From NCBI GenBank assembly GCA_963701285.1, contig OY969584.1, positions 1,979,877 to 2,043,876 of the forward strand: 64,000 bases of DNA. Reading direction: 5' to 3'. Every line of letters begins with the position of its first letter. The first letter of the stretch is position 1. The stretch is from an uncultured Chloroflexia bacterium. GTDB lineage: Bacteria > Chloroflexota > Dehalococcoidia > SM23-28-2. The translations under genes were made by a program, and so were the position numbers. Under the pieces are notes generated by a model. That model saw nothing but the letters and a program-made list of their open reading frames with translations. It did not search any database and was not told the DNA's origin. Positions 39,428 through 48,056 of this stretch are shown here, one piece after another.

Positions 39428-40716
39428 GTTCCTCTACCCCCCGTGGCTAGCAGGCGGCGCACGGCAGCCGTCTCCTCCTCGCGAGTGCGCAGACGGCCGT
39501 CCAGCCGCCCTGCCCGCAGCAGCCACATCGCCTCACCCACCAGCGGACCGCGCCCCACACCCAACCGCTGGACCATTCGTCCATCCAAGGCAGGCTTGAC
39601 ATAACGCCACCGTTCCAGATAGAGACTCAGCCTCCGGCGCACGACCTCAGACGGAGCGGCCAGCGCCCACGCCCACAGGCTGGCCTCTGAATACGTCTCC
39701 AGGTGGGCCACGGCCTGGCTGGGTCGCAGGCCGGGCTGCGCCAGTTGGTCGATGATGCGACCCAGCGTTGCGGCGCCCTCCAGAGCGCGCCTCTCTCGCG
39801 CCGAAAGGGCCAGGCGGTGGGCGACCGGCGTCGCCTCGCCCAAGGAGAGGCGTGTGCCGAGCAGTGCCAGGTACAGCTCGGGGCCCAGGGGCGCTCCGTC
39901 CCGCCGGCCCGCCGCTCGGAAGGCGGCGGCCAGACGGGCATCGAAGCGCAAGGCCGGCTGCACCGCCGCCAGCACACCCAACGCCTGGCAGCGCATCAGG
40001 GCTGTCTCCGGGCGCTCCTCGGCCAGAAGGCGCAGCACCTCCTGGCGCACGCGGGCGCCGCTGATGGTGTCCAGATACGCCAGGTCTCGCCGCAGCAGGG
40101 CCCGAGTCTTCGACTCCAGGCGAAAACCCAGGCGGGCCGCGTAGCGCACGGCCCGCAAGATGCGGGTGGCGTCGTCCCTGAAGCTGCCCGAATGGAGAAC
40201 CCGTACCAGGCCTCGCTCCAGGTCGGCCCAGCCGCCGAACGGATCGACCAGTCGGCCCTCCTCCGGCCCGCAGAGGGTCAGGGCCAGGGCGTTGATCGTG
40301 AAGTCGCGGCGGGCCAGGTCCCCGCTGATCGATGCCAGCCGCACCCGCGGGAGGGCGCCGCGGCGCGTGTAGGTCTCCGTCCGGGCCATGGCCAGATCGA
40401 CCCGCGCGTTGTCCACGGCCAGGGTCACCGTGCCGAACTGGCGGTGGGCGATCAGCCGACCGCCCAGGGACGCCTCCGCCGGGGCCGCCAGCGACTGGAC
40501 CTCACCCTCGGCAACGACGTCCACGTCAAGCTGGCTACGGCCCAGGGCTAGGTCGCGCACGCCACCGCCCACCAGATAGAGCGTTCGCCCCTGCTCCACG
40601 GCTGCCTGGATCACCGCCGCCAGAGCACGCGCGACGCCCTCGGGCAGCGCCTGCTGAAGGCGCGGCAGAAGCTCTGCCGCTTCGGTTAGACCCCTCTCCC
40701 TGATCCCAGGCATCAC
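39424..40716 (-). CDS. cca: CCA-adding tRNA nucleotidyltransferase (polyA polymerase family)
   Basis: 430 aa; GGGVRDLALGRSQLDVDVV nucleotidyltransferase motif and DLARRDFTINALA. Confidence 0.85.
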   Translation of the reverse strand: MMPGIRERGLTEAAELLPRLQQALPEGVARALAAVIQAAVEQGRTLYLVGGGVRDLALGRSQLDVDVVAEGEVQSLAAPAEASLGGRLIAHRQFGTVTLAVDNARVDLAMARTETYTRRGALPRVRLASISGDLARRDFTINALALTLCGPEEGRLVDPFGGWADLERGLVRVLHSGSFRDDATRILRAVRYAARLGFRLESKTRALLRRDLAYLDTISGARVRQEVLRLLAEERPETALMRCQALGVLAAVQPALRFDARLAAAFRAAGRRDGAPLGPELYLALLGTRLSLGEATPVAHRLALSARERRALEGAATLGRIIDQLAQPGLRPSQAVAHLETYSEASLWAWALAAPSEVVRRRLSLYLERWRYVKPALDGRMVQRLGVGRGPLVGEAMWLLRAGRLDGRLRTREEETAAVRRLLATGGRGT

Positions 40717-40734
40717 CTTTGTATCCGGCCATAC

Positions 40735-40763
40735 TTGACAAACAGCGGCAACGCTCCTATCAT
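40735..40763 (+). promoter_or_regulatory. sigma70-type promoter for rnc-smc (TTGACA-N17-TATCAT)
   Basis: Perfect -35, 17-nt spacer, near-consensus -10; about 50 nt upstream of the rnc ATG. The TTG that opens the track ORF lies inside it. Confidence 0.45.
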
Positions 40764-40814
40764 GGCGTGCGCCCGCGGTTGGCCCCGGCCAGGGGAGTCA
40801 GCGGTGACCCAGAT

Positions 40815-41633
40815 ATGCCGCTGTTCAGTGCCAGCCCCAGGCAAAATCTGAAGGGGGAGAGTTTTCGCGCTGAGTTTAGCCACCTACGAGCCCGCACCTT
40901 GGAGCGCCACCGCCTAGCCCAGCTGCAGAAAGCCCTGGGAGTCAAGTTCAAGAGCCCTTCGCTGCTGGAGCAGGCGCTGGTGCATCGCTCTTATCTTAAC
41001 GAGGCCCGTGCCCAGGGGCTAGAGTCCAATGAGCGGCTCGAGTTCCTGGGTGACTCGGCATTGGGGCTCGTGATATCTGAGCAGCTCTGCGCCGACTTCC
41101 CCGACCTCGACGAAGGCGAGCTGACCCGCCTGAAGACGTCCCTCATCCGCTGGGAGACTCTGGCCCGTGCCGCCGACCGCCTCTCCCTGGGCGAGTACCT
41201 CCTCCTGGGCCACGGCGAGGAGACTACAGGCGGCCGCCAGCGACCCTCCAACCTGGCCCGCGTCCTGGAAGCCGTCATCGGCGCTACTTTCCTTGATCGG
41301 GGCCTGGACAAGACGCGCGACCTGGTCCGGCGCTGCCTTGCACCCGACCTCGCCCGCGTGGAGGCAGGTCAGATAGCCCTGGACAGCAAGTCACGCCTCC
41401 AGCAGCTCGCCCAGAGCTACTGGCACCAGACGCCCAGCTACCGAACGGTGGCCGCCAGCGGGCCGGACCACGCCAAGGTGTTCACCGTGGAAGTGCGGGT
41501 GGCTGACCGCGCCCTGGGGCACGGCAGCGGCCGCAGCAAGAAGGAAGCGGAGAGCGAGGCGGCCCGCCAGGCCGTGGAGACCATCCTGGCCAGCGAGCCC
41601 GCCCTGCCTCCAGCGAGCAGCCAATGTATCTGA
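40815..41633 (+). CDS. rnc: ribonuclease III
   Basis: 272 aa from ATG 40815. RNase III signature ERLEFLGDSALGLVISEQL and C-terminal dsRBD. Stop overlaps the smc start. Confidence 0.85.
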   Translation: MPLFSASPRQNLKGESFRAEFSHLRARTLERHRLAQLQKALGVKFKSPSLLEQALVHRSYLNEARAQGLESNERLEFLGDSALGLVISEQLCADFPDLDEGELTRLKTSLIRWETLARAADRLSLGEYLLLGHGEETTGGRQRPSNLARVLEAVIGATFLDRGLDKTRDLVRRCLAPDLARVEAGQIALDSKSRLQQLAQSYWHQTPSYRTVAASGPDHAKVFTVEVRVADRALGHGSGRSKKEAESEAARQAVETILASEPALPPASSQCI

Positions 41634-44600
41634 AGCGGCTCGACATCCAGGGCTTCAAGAGCTTCGCGAACCGCACGAGCTTCGAGTTCGGGCCGGGCCT
41701 CACCACCGTCGTCGGGCCCAACGGGTCGGGCAAGAGCAACGTGTCCGACGCGCTGCGCTGGGTTCTAGGCGAGCAGAGCGGCCGCCTGCTACGCGCCCGC
41801 CGCCTGGAGGACGTCATCTTCACCGGCAGCTCCCGTCGCCAGCCGGCCAACGCCGCCGAGGTCACCCTGACCCTAGACAACAGCGACAGGTGGCTCCCGT
41901 TGGACTTCGCCGAGGTGGCCATCACCCGGCGAGTGCGCCGCTCCGGTGAGAGCGATTTCTTCATCAACCGCAAGCGGGTCCGCCTGAAGGACGTGACCAA
42001 TCTCTTCATGCGGGCCAGCGCCAGCCAGAGCAGCTACGCTATCATCGGCCAGGGCCTGGTGGAGACCGTCCTCAGCCTGCGCCCCGAAGAGCGCCGCCTT
42101 CTCCTGGAGGAAGCCGCCGATGTCCAGCGCTACCGCCTGCGCATCGAGGAGACCCACGCCCAGCTAGCGGCCACCCGCGAGAACGTGGACCGCGCTCAGC
42201 TCTTGGTGCGGGAGATCGCGCCCCGCCTGGCCCAGCTCGAGCGCCAGGCCCGGCGCGCCGAGCGCCACAGCCAGCTCAGCCGCGAGCTCACTGACGCCCT
42301 CCGCTCCTGGTACGGCCACCTCTGGGGCGCGGCCGAGACGCGCCTGCGATCCGCCCGCGCGGCCCTGGCCCTCGCCCAGCAGGAGGAAGCGCGGGCCGAG
42401 GCGGAGATCAAGACCTGGAGTGAGCAACTGGCCGCAGTGCGGGAGGAGTTGTCCCGCCGCCGGGGCGCCATCGCCGACCGCACTTCGCAGCGCCAGCGTC
42501 TCACCGACCAGGTCGGCCTCCTCCAGGAGCGCATCGCCACTGCCCGCCAGCGCCAGGGCGGCGTTTTGGGCCGGCGGCAGCAGCTCAAGCTAGAGCTAGA
42601 AGCCATGGAAAAGGAGATGCTCAACCTGGCCCGTGCCTCGGTGGAAGACAGCCGCCGCGGGCTCACTCTGGAGCAAGACCTGGAGGTGGGCCGCCAGGCC
42701 CTCAGCCAGGCCCAGCAGGAGCTGGGCACCATGGAGCAGGAGTCTTCCGGCATGCAGCGCCAGGCGGCGACCGCCGAGGAGAAGGCCGCCCGTGCCCGCG
42801 CCGCCTTCAGCGACGCGGAGGCCCGCCTGCGCACCGTCCGGGAGGGCCGCTCCCGCGCCGAGGACGAGCGGGCCCAGCAGGAGGAGCGCCGCCGCGCTTT
42901 GGTCGCGCAGATGGCCCAGGCCGCCCGCAGCCTTACCGGCCAGCGCCGCGAGGAGCGCCGCCTGAACGAAGGCAGCGCCGCCGCTGTCACTGAGCAGGAC
43001 GCCCTCAAGGCACGCATCCTCCAGGCACAGGCCTCTTTGACCGCTCTGGCGGAGAGCTACCGCGGCCGCGACCTGGAGATGGAGCGCCTCCAGGCCCGCC
43101 TCAACGTCCTTACCGATGCCCAGCAGGCCTACGAGGCGCGCACCCGCGCCACCACCTCCCTTCCCGCGCTGCCCTCGCCCTCCACCGAGGCGCCTGTGCA
43201 CGGCCTTCTGGGCGTGCTGAGCAGCCTGATTCGCGTGCCCAAGGGGCTGGACCGGGCCATCGAGGCCGCCCTGGCCGAGAACCTCCAGGCGCTGGTCGTG
43301 GAGCACCAGAAGGACGCCCTGGCCGCCATCGAAGCCCTGACGCGGCAGGAATCCGGGCGCGTCGTCATCTTTCCCCTGGACACCCTGAAGGAAGTCTACC
43401 CTCTCAACATCATGAAGGAGCGCGGCGTCGTCGGCGTGGCCAGCCGCCTGGTGAAGTGCGACGAGCGCTTCCGCCGGGTGGTCGACACGCTGCTGGGCCG
43501 CACCATCATCGTGGACGACCTCGATACTGCCCTGCGCGTGCTCCGCCGGGGCATGGGCAGCGTCGTCACGCGCGATGGCATCCTCCTTCAGCCCGTTGGC
43601 TCCATGGCCACCGGCCGGCCTACCAGCGAAAGTAACGTCTTCACCCGTCACCAGGAGCTTGCCTCCATTCCTCGCGCCCTGGAGCGCCTGGCCCGCTCCC
43701 GCGAAGGCGCCGAGGAGGAGATGCAGCGCCTGCGCGCCGCGATCGGCGAGGACGAAGGCGCCCTGCGGGCCACAGCCGAGACGCTGGCGGCTCTCCAGGA
43801 GCAGCGCGCCTCGGCGCAAGACGCCCTGGCCCAAGGGCGCCGTCTCCTCGCCCAGTGGCGGGGCGAGCTGCGCTGGCTTATCACCAGCCAGCAACGCTCG
43901 GCCCAGCAATCGGCCGCGCTGGCCCTGGAGGTCCAACAGCTCGACCAAGATAAGGAGCGCTTCCTGGCCCAGGCCGCCGAGGCCGAGGAGGTGGCCCAAT
44001 ATCTGCGCTCTGGGGCGAGCCTGGTGGGCCAGCGCCGCCAGACCATTCTCCAGAATGTCACGGAGGCCAGCACCCGGGTCGCCTCCCTCGATGGCGAGCA
44101 GCGCTCCCTCGCCGTCCTGCGCGACACGCGCCAGGGGACCCTGGCCCGCGTGGACAGCCAGATGACCGCCCGCCAGGCCGAGCTCCGTGGCCTGGAACTG
44201 GAGAGCACCTCCATCGGCGACGCCGCCGACGCCGACTGGCGGGCCGTGGAGCAGCTAACCCACGAGCTGCGCCGCTACGCCGAGGAGGTGGAGCCCGCTC
44301 AGGAGACCATCGCCGGGCTGGAGGACCAGGAGCGGGACACCCAGGCCCACGAGGCCGCCGCCCACGGCCGTCTCCTGGCCGCCGAGCGCCGCCGCCTGGA
44401 GGCGGAGGCCGAGCTGCGCCATCGCCTCGAGGACGTGGAGAGCCTCCGCCAGCGCATCGAGGCCGATGAGCTCATGCTCACTGATGCCGGCGACATAGTC
44501 CCGGTCGGCGTCCCCGAAGAGACCGCCTCCTGGTCACCGTCCGGCGACGGCGAGCGCGAGGGCAACGGTCGCACCTCCAGCAGCCCGGCCGCCGGCCGCA

Positions 44601-45298
44601 GCCCCCTGCCGCCCATCGCCGGCGGCGCCATCATCGATCCGGAGACCATGCAGGAGCGCATCCAGCGCCTGCGGAGCCAGCTTCGAGCGGTGGGGCCCGT
44701 CTACCCGCAAGCCGAAAGCGAATACGCCGAGCTCCGGGAGCGCCACACCTTCCTTACGTCGCAGCTCGCCGACCTGGAGATTGCCGAGCGCTCGCTCCTC
44801 CAGGGCATCGAAGAGCTGGACACGCTGATCTGCGAGCGCTTCCGAACCACCTTCCACAAGGTGGCGGAGGAGTTCGGTCGCTACTTCACCAGCTTCTTCG
44901 GTGGCGGCCAGGCCAAGCTCGTCCTCACCACGCCCGACGACTACCGCACGGCGGGGGTGGACATCGCTGCCCAACCGCCGGGCAAGCGCCTTCAGAACCT
45001 GAGCATGCTCTCGGGCGGCGAGAAGGCGCTGACGGCGGTGGCCCTGCTCTTCGCTCTCCTCCAGGCCAACCCCTCGCCCTTCTGCGTACTGGACGAAGTC
45101 GACGCCATGCTGGACGAGGCCAACGTTGGGCGCTTTGTCAGCACCCTCCAGGAGTTGTCTCATCGCACGCAGTTCATCGGCATCACCCACAACCGCCGCA
45201 CCATCGAGGTCTCCGACGCCATCTACGGCGTGTCCATGGGCGAGGACAGCGTCTCGCGCGTCCTCTCCCTCCGCCTCAGCGACGTCTCCCCAAACTAG
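41624..45298 (+). CDS. smc: chromosome segregation protein SMC
   Basis: 1224 aa; N-terminal Walker A GPNGSGKSN, long coiled coils, hinge, C-terminal LSGGEKALTAVALLFAL and D-loop. Confidence 0.95.
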   Translation: MYLKRLDIQGFKSFANRTSFEFGPGLTTVVGPNGSGKSNVSDALRWVLGEQSGRLLRARRLEDVIFTGSSRRQPANAAEVTLTLDNSDRWLPLDFAEVAITRRVRRSGESDFFINRKRVRLKDVTNLFMRASASQSSYAIIGQGLVETVLSLRPEERRLLLEEAADVQRYRLRIEETHAQLAATRENVDRAQLLVREIAPRLAQLERQARRAERHSQLSRELTDALRSWYGHLWGAAETRLRSARAALALAQQEEARAEAEIKTWSEQLAAVREELSRRRGAIADRTSQRQRLTDQVGLLQERIATARQRQGGVLGRRQQLKLELEAMEKEMLNLARASVEDSRRGLTLEQDLEVGRQALSQAQQELGTMEQESSGMQRQAATAEEKAARARAAFSDAEARLRTVREGRSRAEDERAQQEERRRALVAQMAQAARSLTGQRREERRLNEGSAAAVTEQDALKARILQAQASLTALAESYRGRDLEMERLQARLNVLTDAQQAYEARTRATTSLPALPSPSTEAPVHGLLGVLSSLIRVPKGLDRAIEAALAENLQALVVEHQKDALAAIEALTRQESGRVVIFPLDTLKEVYPLNIMKERGVVGVASRLVKCDERFRRVVDTLLGRTIIVDDLDTALRVLRRGMGSVVTRDGILLQPVGSMATGRPTSESNVFTRHQELASIPRALERLARSREGAEEEMQRLRAAIGEDEGALRATAETLAALQEQRASAQDALAQGRRLLAQWRGELRWLITSQQRSAQQSAALALEVQQLDQDKERFLAQAAEAEEVAQYLRSGASLVGQRRQTILQNVTEASTRVASLDGEQRSLAVLRDTRQGTLARVDSQMTARQAELRGLELESTSIGDAADADWRAVEQLTHELRRYAEEVEPAQETIAGLEDQERDTQAHEAAAHGRLLAAERRRLEAEAELRHRLEDVESLRQRIEADELMLTDAGDIVPVGVPEETASWSPSGDGEREGNGRTSSSPAAGRSPLPPIAGGAIIDPETMQERIQRLRSQLRAVGPVYPQAESEYAELRERHTFLTSQLADLEIAERSLLQGIEELDTLICERFRTTFHKVAEEFGRYFTSFFGGGQAKLVLTTPDDYRTAGVDIAAQPPGKRLQNLSMLSGGEKALTAVALLFALLQANPSPFCVLDEVDAMLDEANVGRFVSTLQELSHRTQFIGITHNRRTIEVSDAIYGVSMGEDSVSRVLSLRLSDVSPN

Positions 45299-45588
45299 CC
45301 CCTCCGCGTCTTCTGCCTCGCCCTGGCTCTTCCCGCTCACCCCGAGGCTGTCGAAGCATGTAGCGGAGACCTGTGGAAGGCTGAAACCTTCCGCTACATC
45401 TGTCCGCCAGGCCGTAGCTGGTTCGTAGTTGGTGGGTCTTGAGCTTCCGGTTCCCTCACGACCCTCGCCCTTAGGCTGGGGCACGGGAAGCCATCCGATG
45501 CCCCCGCCTAGAAGCGGGGGTGGAGAATCAACCCGCCAACCGCGAACCGACCACCAACCGCGAACCGATCACGCCGGCCCCCACCGGT

Positions 45589-45618
45589 TTGCCCCAGGGC
45601 AAAGGCGGGCGCTATAAT
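45589..45618 (+). promoter_or_regulatory. candidate promoter of the gtrA-GT2-ftsY-DUF2298 operon (TTGCCC-N18-TATAAT)
   Basis: TTGCCCcaggg at 45589; consensus TATAAT at 45613-45618. Architecture duplicated at 55676-55705. Confidence 0.4.
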
Positions 45619-45661
45619 GCCTTCGCTTTCACAGGGAGGCGGCTGCCGCGACAGCTCGAAG

Positions 45662-46216
45662 ATGCGCAGACCTCGTTGCTTCTCGGAATCGCCCGTGGCT
45701 GTGAGCCCAGGGTATGGGCGGCTCGCTGCCTGGCGCGACCACGCCGCCGCCAGACTGGCGGCCTCCCCCACATTCGTCCGGTTCCTCATCGTTGGCGCCA
45801 TCGGCTACCTAGTCAACCAGTTCTTTCTCTACCTCCTCTACGATTCGCCCGCCTTCCCCGTTCTGCCCGCAAAGGACACCAGCGCGCGCATCCTCTTCTT
45901 CACCCACCCCGACGTCCGGCTGCTCATCGCCACCGTCGTGGCGGTGGAACTAGCCATCCTCTCCAACTTCCTCTGGCACAACCTCTGGACCTTCAGCGGT
46001 TACACCCGTCGCCTGCCTATGCTCCTGCGCTTCGTCGCCTTCAACGTCACCTCCATCGGCAGCCCCATCATCTCGGTCACCACCGTCAACGTCCTGACCC
46101 CCCGCTTCGGCGTCAACGTCTACGCCGCCAACTCCATCGGCATCGCGCTGGGCATGACCTGGAACTGGGTGTGGAACACCCAGCTCATCTGGCGCAAGGG
46201 TGGAGAGCCCATCTGA
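45662..46216 (+). CDS. GtrA-family membrane protein (polyprenyl-phosphate-sugar flippase family)
   Basis: FVRFLIVGAIGYLVNQFFLYLL ... ELAILSNFLWHNLWTF (GtrA hallmark). Start is either ATG 45617 or 45662. Confidence 0.7.
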   Translation: MRRPRCFSESPVAVSPGYGRLAAWRDHAAARLAASPTFVRFLIVGAIGYLVNQFFLYLLYDSPAFPVLPAKDTSARILFFTHPDVRLLIATVVAVELAILSNFLWHNLWTFSGYTRRLPMLLRFVAFNVTSIGSPIISVTTVNVLTPRFGVNVYAANSIGIALGMTWNWVWNTQLIWRKGGEPI

Positions 46217-46229
46217 CGCTCCCCCGCTC

Positions 46230-47000
46230 ATGACCAGCGAACCACGCCTCTCCCTGGTGATCCCCGCCTACAACGAGGCGCTTAACCTGCGACGCGGCAT
46301 CCTCCAGCAGGTGGCCGACTACCTGGCGAGCCGCTCCTACGCCTGCGAGGCGCTGGTGGTGGACGACGGCAGCACAGACGAGACGGCATCGCTGGCGGAG
46401 GCGTTCGCCCAGGAGCACCCATGCTTCAGCCTGCTACGCGAGCGTCATCGGGGAAAGGCCATGGCGGTGCGCGCTGGCGTGCTCGCCGCCCGTGGCCGCT
46501 ACGTCCTCTTCGCCGACCTGGACCTTTCGACGCCCCTTTCCTACATCCACCCCTTCGTGGAGCTGCTGGACGGCGGCTGGGACATCGTCATCGCCTCCCG
46601 CGAGGCGAAGGGCGGCGCCCGCCTGGGGGCGCCTGTCCAGCGGCGCGCTATGGGCAGGGTGTTCAGCCTGCTGGTGCGCCTGCTCCTGCTCCCCGGCATC
46701 TACGATAGCCAGTGCGGGTTCAAGGGCTTCCGCCGCGAGGTGGCCCACGACCTCTTCCGCAGCCTGCGCCTGTTCCGGGGCGAGGCGAGCGAGGTGAGCG
46801 GGCCGCGAGTCACCGCCTTCGACGTGGAGCTCCTCCTCCTGGCCCGCAAGAAGGGCTACACCATCCGCGAGGTGCCAGTGCTCTGGCGTCACGTCGAGAC
46901 CAAACGGGTGAACCCTGTGCTGGACTCCTATCGTATGCTCCGCGAGGTGCTCATCGTCTGGTGGAACGACCGCCGCGGCCTATACGGCCGGCCGCGGTGA
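46230..47000 (+). CDS. GT2-family glycosyltransferase (polyprenyl-phosphate sugar synthase, GtrB/DPM1-like)
   Basis: LSLVIPAYNEALNL..VVDDGSTDETA..VLFADLDLSTP (DxD), with C-terminal amphipathic/TM segments. Start is ATG 46230 or GTG 46200. Confidence 0.8.
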   Translation: MTSEPRLSLVIPAYNEALNLRRGILQQVADYLASRSYACEALVVDDGSTDETASLAEAFAQEHPCFSLLRERHRGKAMAVRAGVLAARGRYVLFADLDLSTPLSYIHPFVELLDGGWDIVIASREAKGGARLGAPVQRRAMGRVFSLLVRLLLLPGIYDSQCGFKGFRREVAHDLFRSLRLFRGEASEVSGPRVTAFDVELLLLARKKGYTIREVPVLWRHVETKRVNPVLDSYRMLREVLIVWWNDRRGLYGRPR

Positions 47001-47012
47001 GACCCATAGCGC

Positions 47013-48026
47013 TTGATCCACGCTTGCGGGCAATGCTATGATCCATCCGACCGCCCCCGGCACGGGAGGTTGTATCTGTTCAAACGGCTGGGCCACTCCC
47101 GAGAGTCCGAAGACAAGACCGCCGATGCCCTCGACCGCACCCGCCGCACCTGGTTCCGGAGGGTAGCGGGGCTTTTCGAACGTTCCCACGTCGACGACCA
47201 GCTCTGGGACGAACTGGAGGAGCTTCTGATCGGCGCCGACGTCGGCGTCGCAACGACCGTTGGCCTCATCGAACGTCTGCGCACCCGCGCCAAGGAAGAG
47301 GGGATGAAGCAGCCGGCCGCGGTGCGCCAGGCCCTGAAGCAGGAGCTGACGACCATCCTCGCCGTGGACGGTGGCGTCGGCCGGCTCTGGGGCGAGACGG
47401 GAACCTTTCCACCGAAGCCGGCCGTTATATTGGTAGTGGGCGTCAACGGCACCGGCAAGACAACCAGCGTCGCCAAGCTGGCCGCAGCCCTGCAGGCTGA
47501 GGGCAAGCGGGTGACGCTGGCCGCCGCCGACACCTTCCGCGCCGCCGCCATTGACCAGCTCTGCCAGTGGGGCCAGCGAGTCGGGGTGGAGGTGGTGGCC
47601 CACCAGCAGGGGGCCGATCCTGCTGCGGTCGTTTTCGACGCCCTCAGCGCTGCGCAGAGCCGCGGCGCCGACGTGCTCATCATCGATACGGCCGGCCGCC
47701 TTCACACGAAGGTCAACCTGATGGAGGAGCTGCGCAAGATCCAGCGCATCATTCAGCGCAAGGATCCGTCGGCGCCACACGAGGTGCTGCTGGTGCTGGA
47801 CGCTACCATGGGCCAGAACGCCCTCCTCCAGGCCAAGTACTTCGCCGAGGCCGTGCCGGTGACCGCCATCCTTCTGGCCAAGCTCGACGGCACCGGCAAG
47901 GGGGGCATCGTCTTCGCTGTGTGCGATCAGTTGGGCATCCCCGTGCGCTTCGTGGGCACCGGCGAGGGCGAGGACGACCTGGCCCCCTTCCAGGCAGACG
48001 AGTTCGTGGAGGCACTCTTCGCCTAG
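47013..48026 (+). CDS. ftsY: signal recognition particle receptor FtsY (start codon uncertain, TTG in track)
   Basis: [34 protein letters not shown]...[20 protein letters not shown]...DTAGRLH; SRP GTPase. Confidence 0.85.
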   Translation: MIHACGQCYDPSDRPRHGRLYLFKRLGHSRESEDKTADALDRTRRTWFRRVAGLFERSHVDDQLWDELEELLIGADVGVATTVGLIERLRTRAKEEGMKQPAAVRQALKQELTTILAVDGGVGRLWGETGTFPPKPAVILVVGVNGTGKTTSVAKLAAALQAEGKRVTLAAADTFRAAAIDQLCQWGQRVGVEVVAHQQGADPAAVVFDALSAAQSRGADVLIIDTAGRLHTKVNLMEELRKIQRIIQRKDPSAPHEVLLVLDATMGQNALLQAKYFAEAVPVTAILLAKLDGTGKGGIVFAVCDQLGIPVRFVGTGEGEDDLAPFQADEFVEALFA

Positions 48027-48056
48027 CCCCCATCGCGGGGCGGGCCGCTGACGGCC

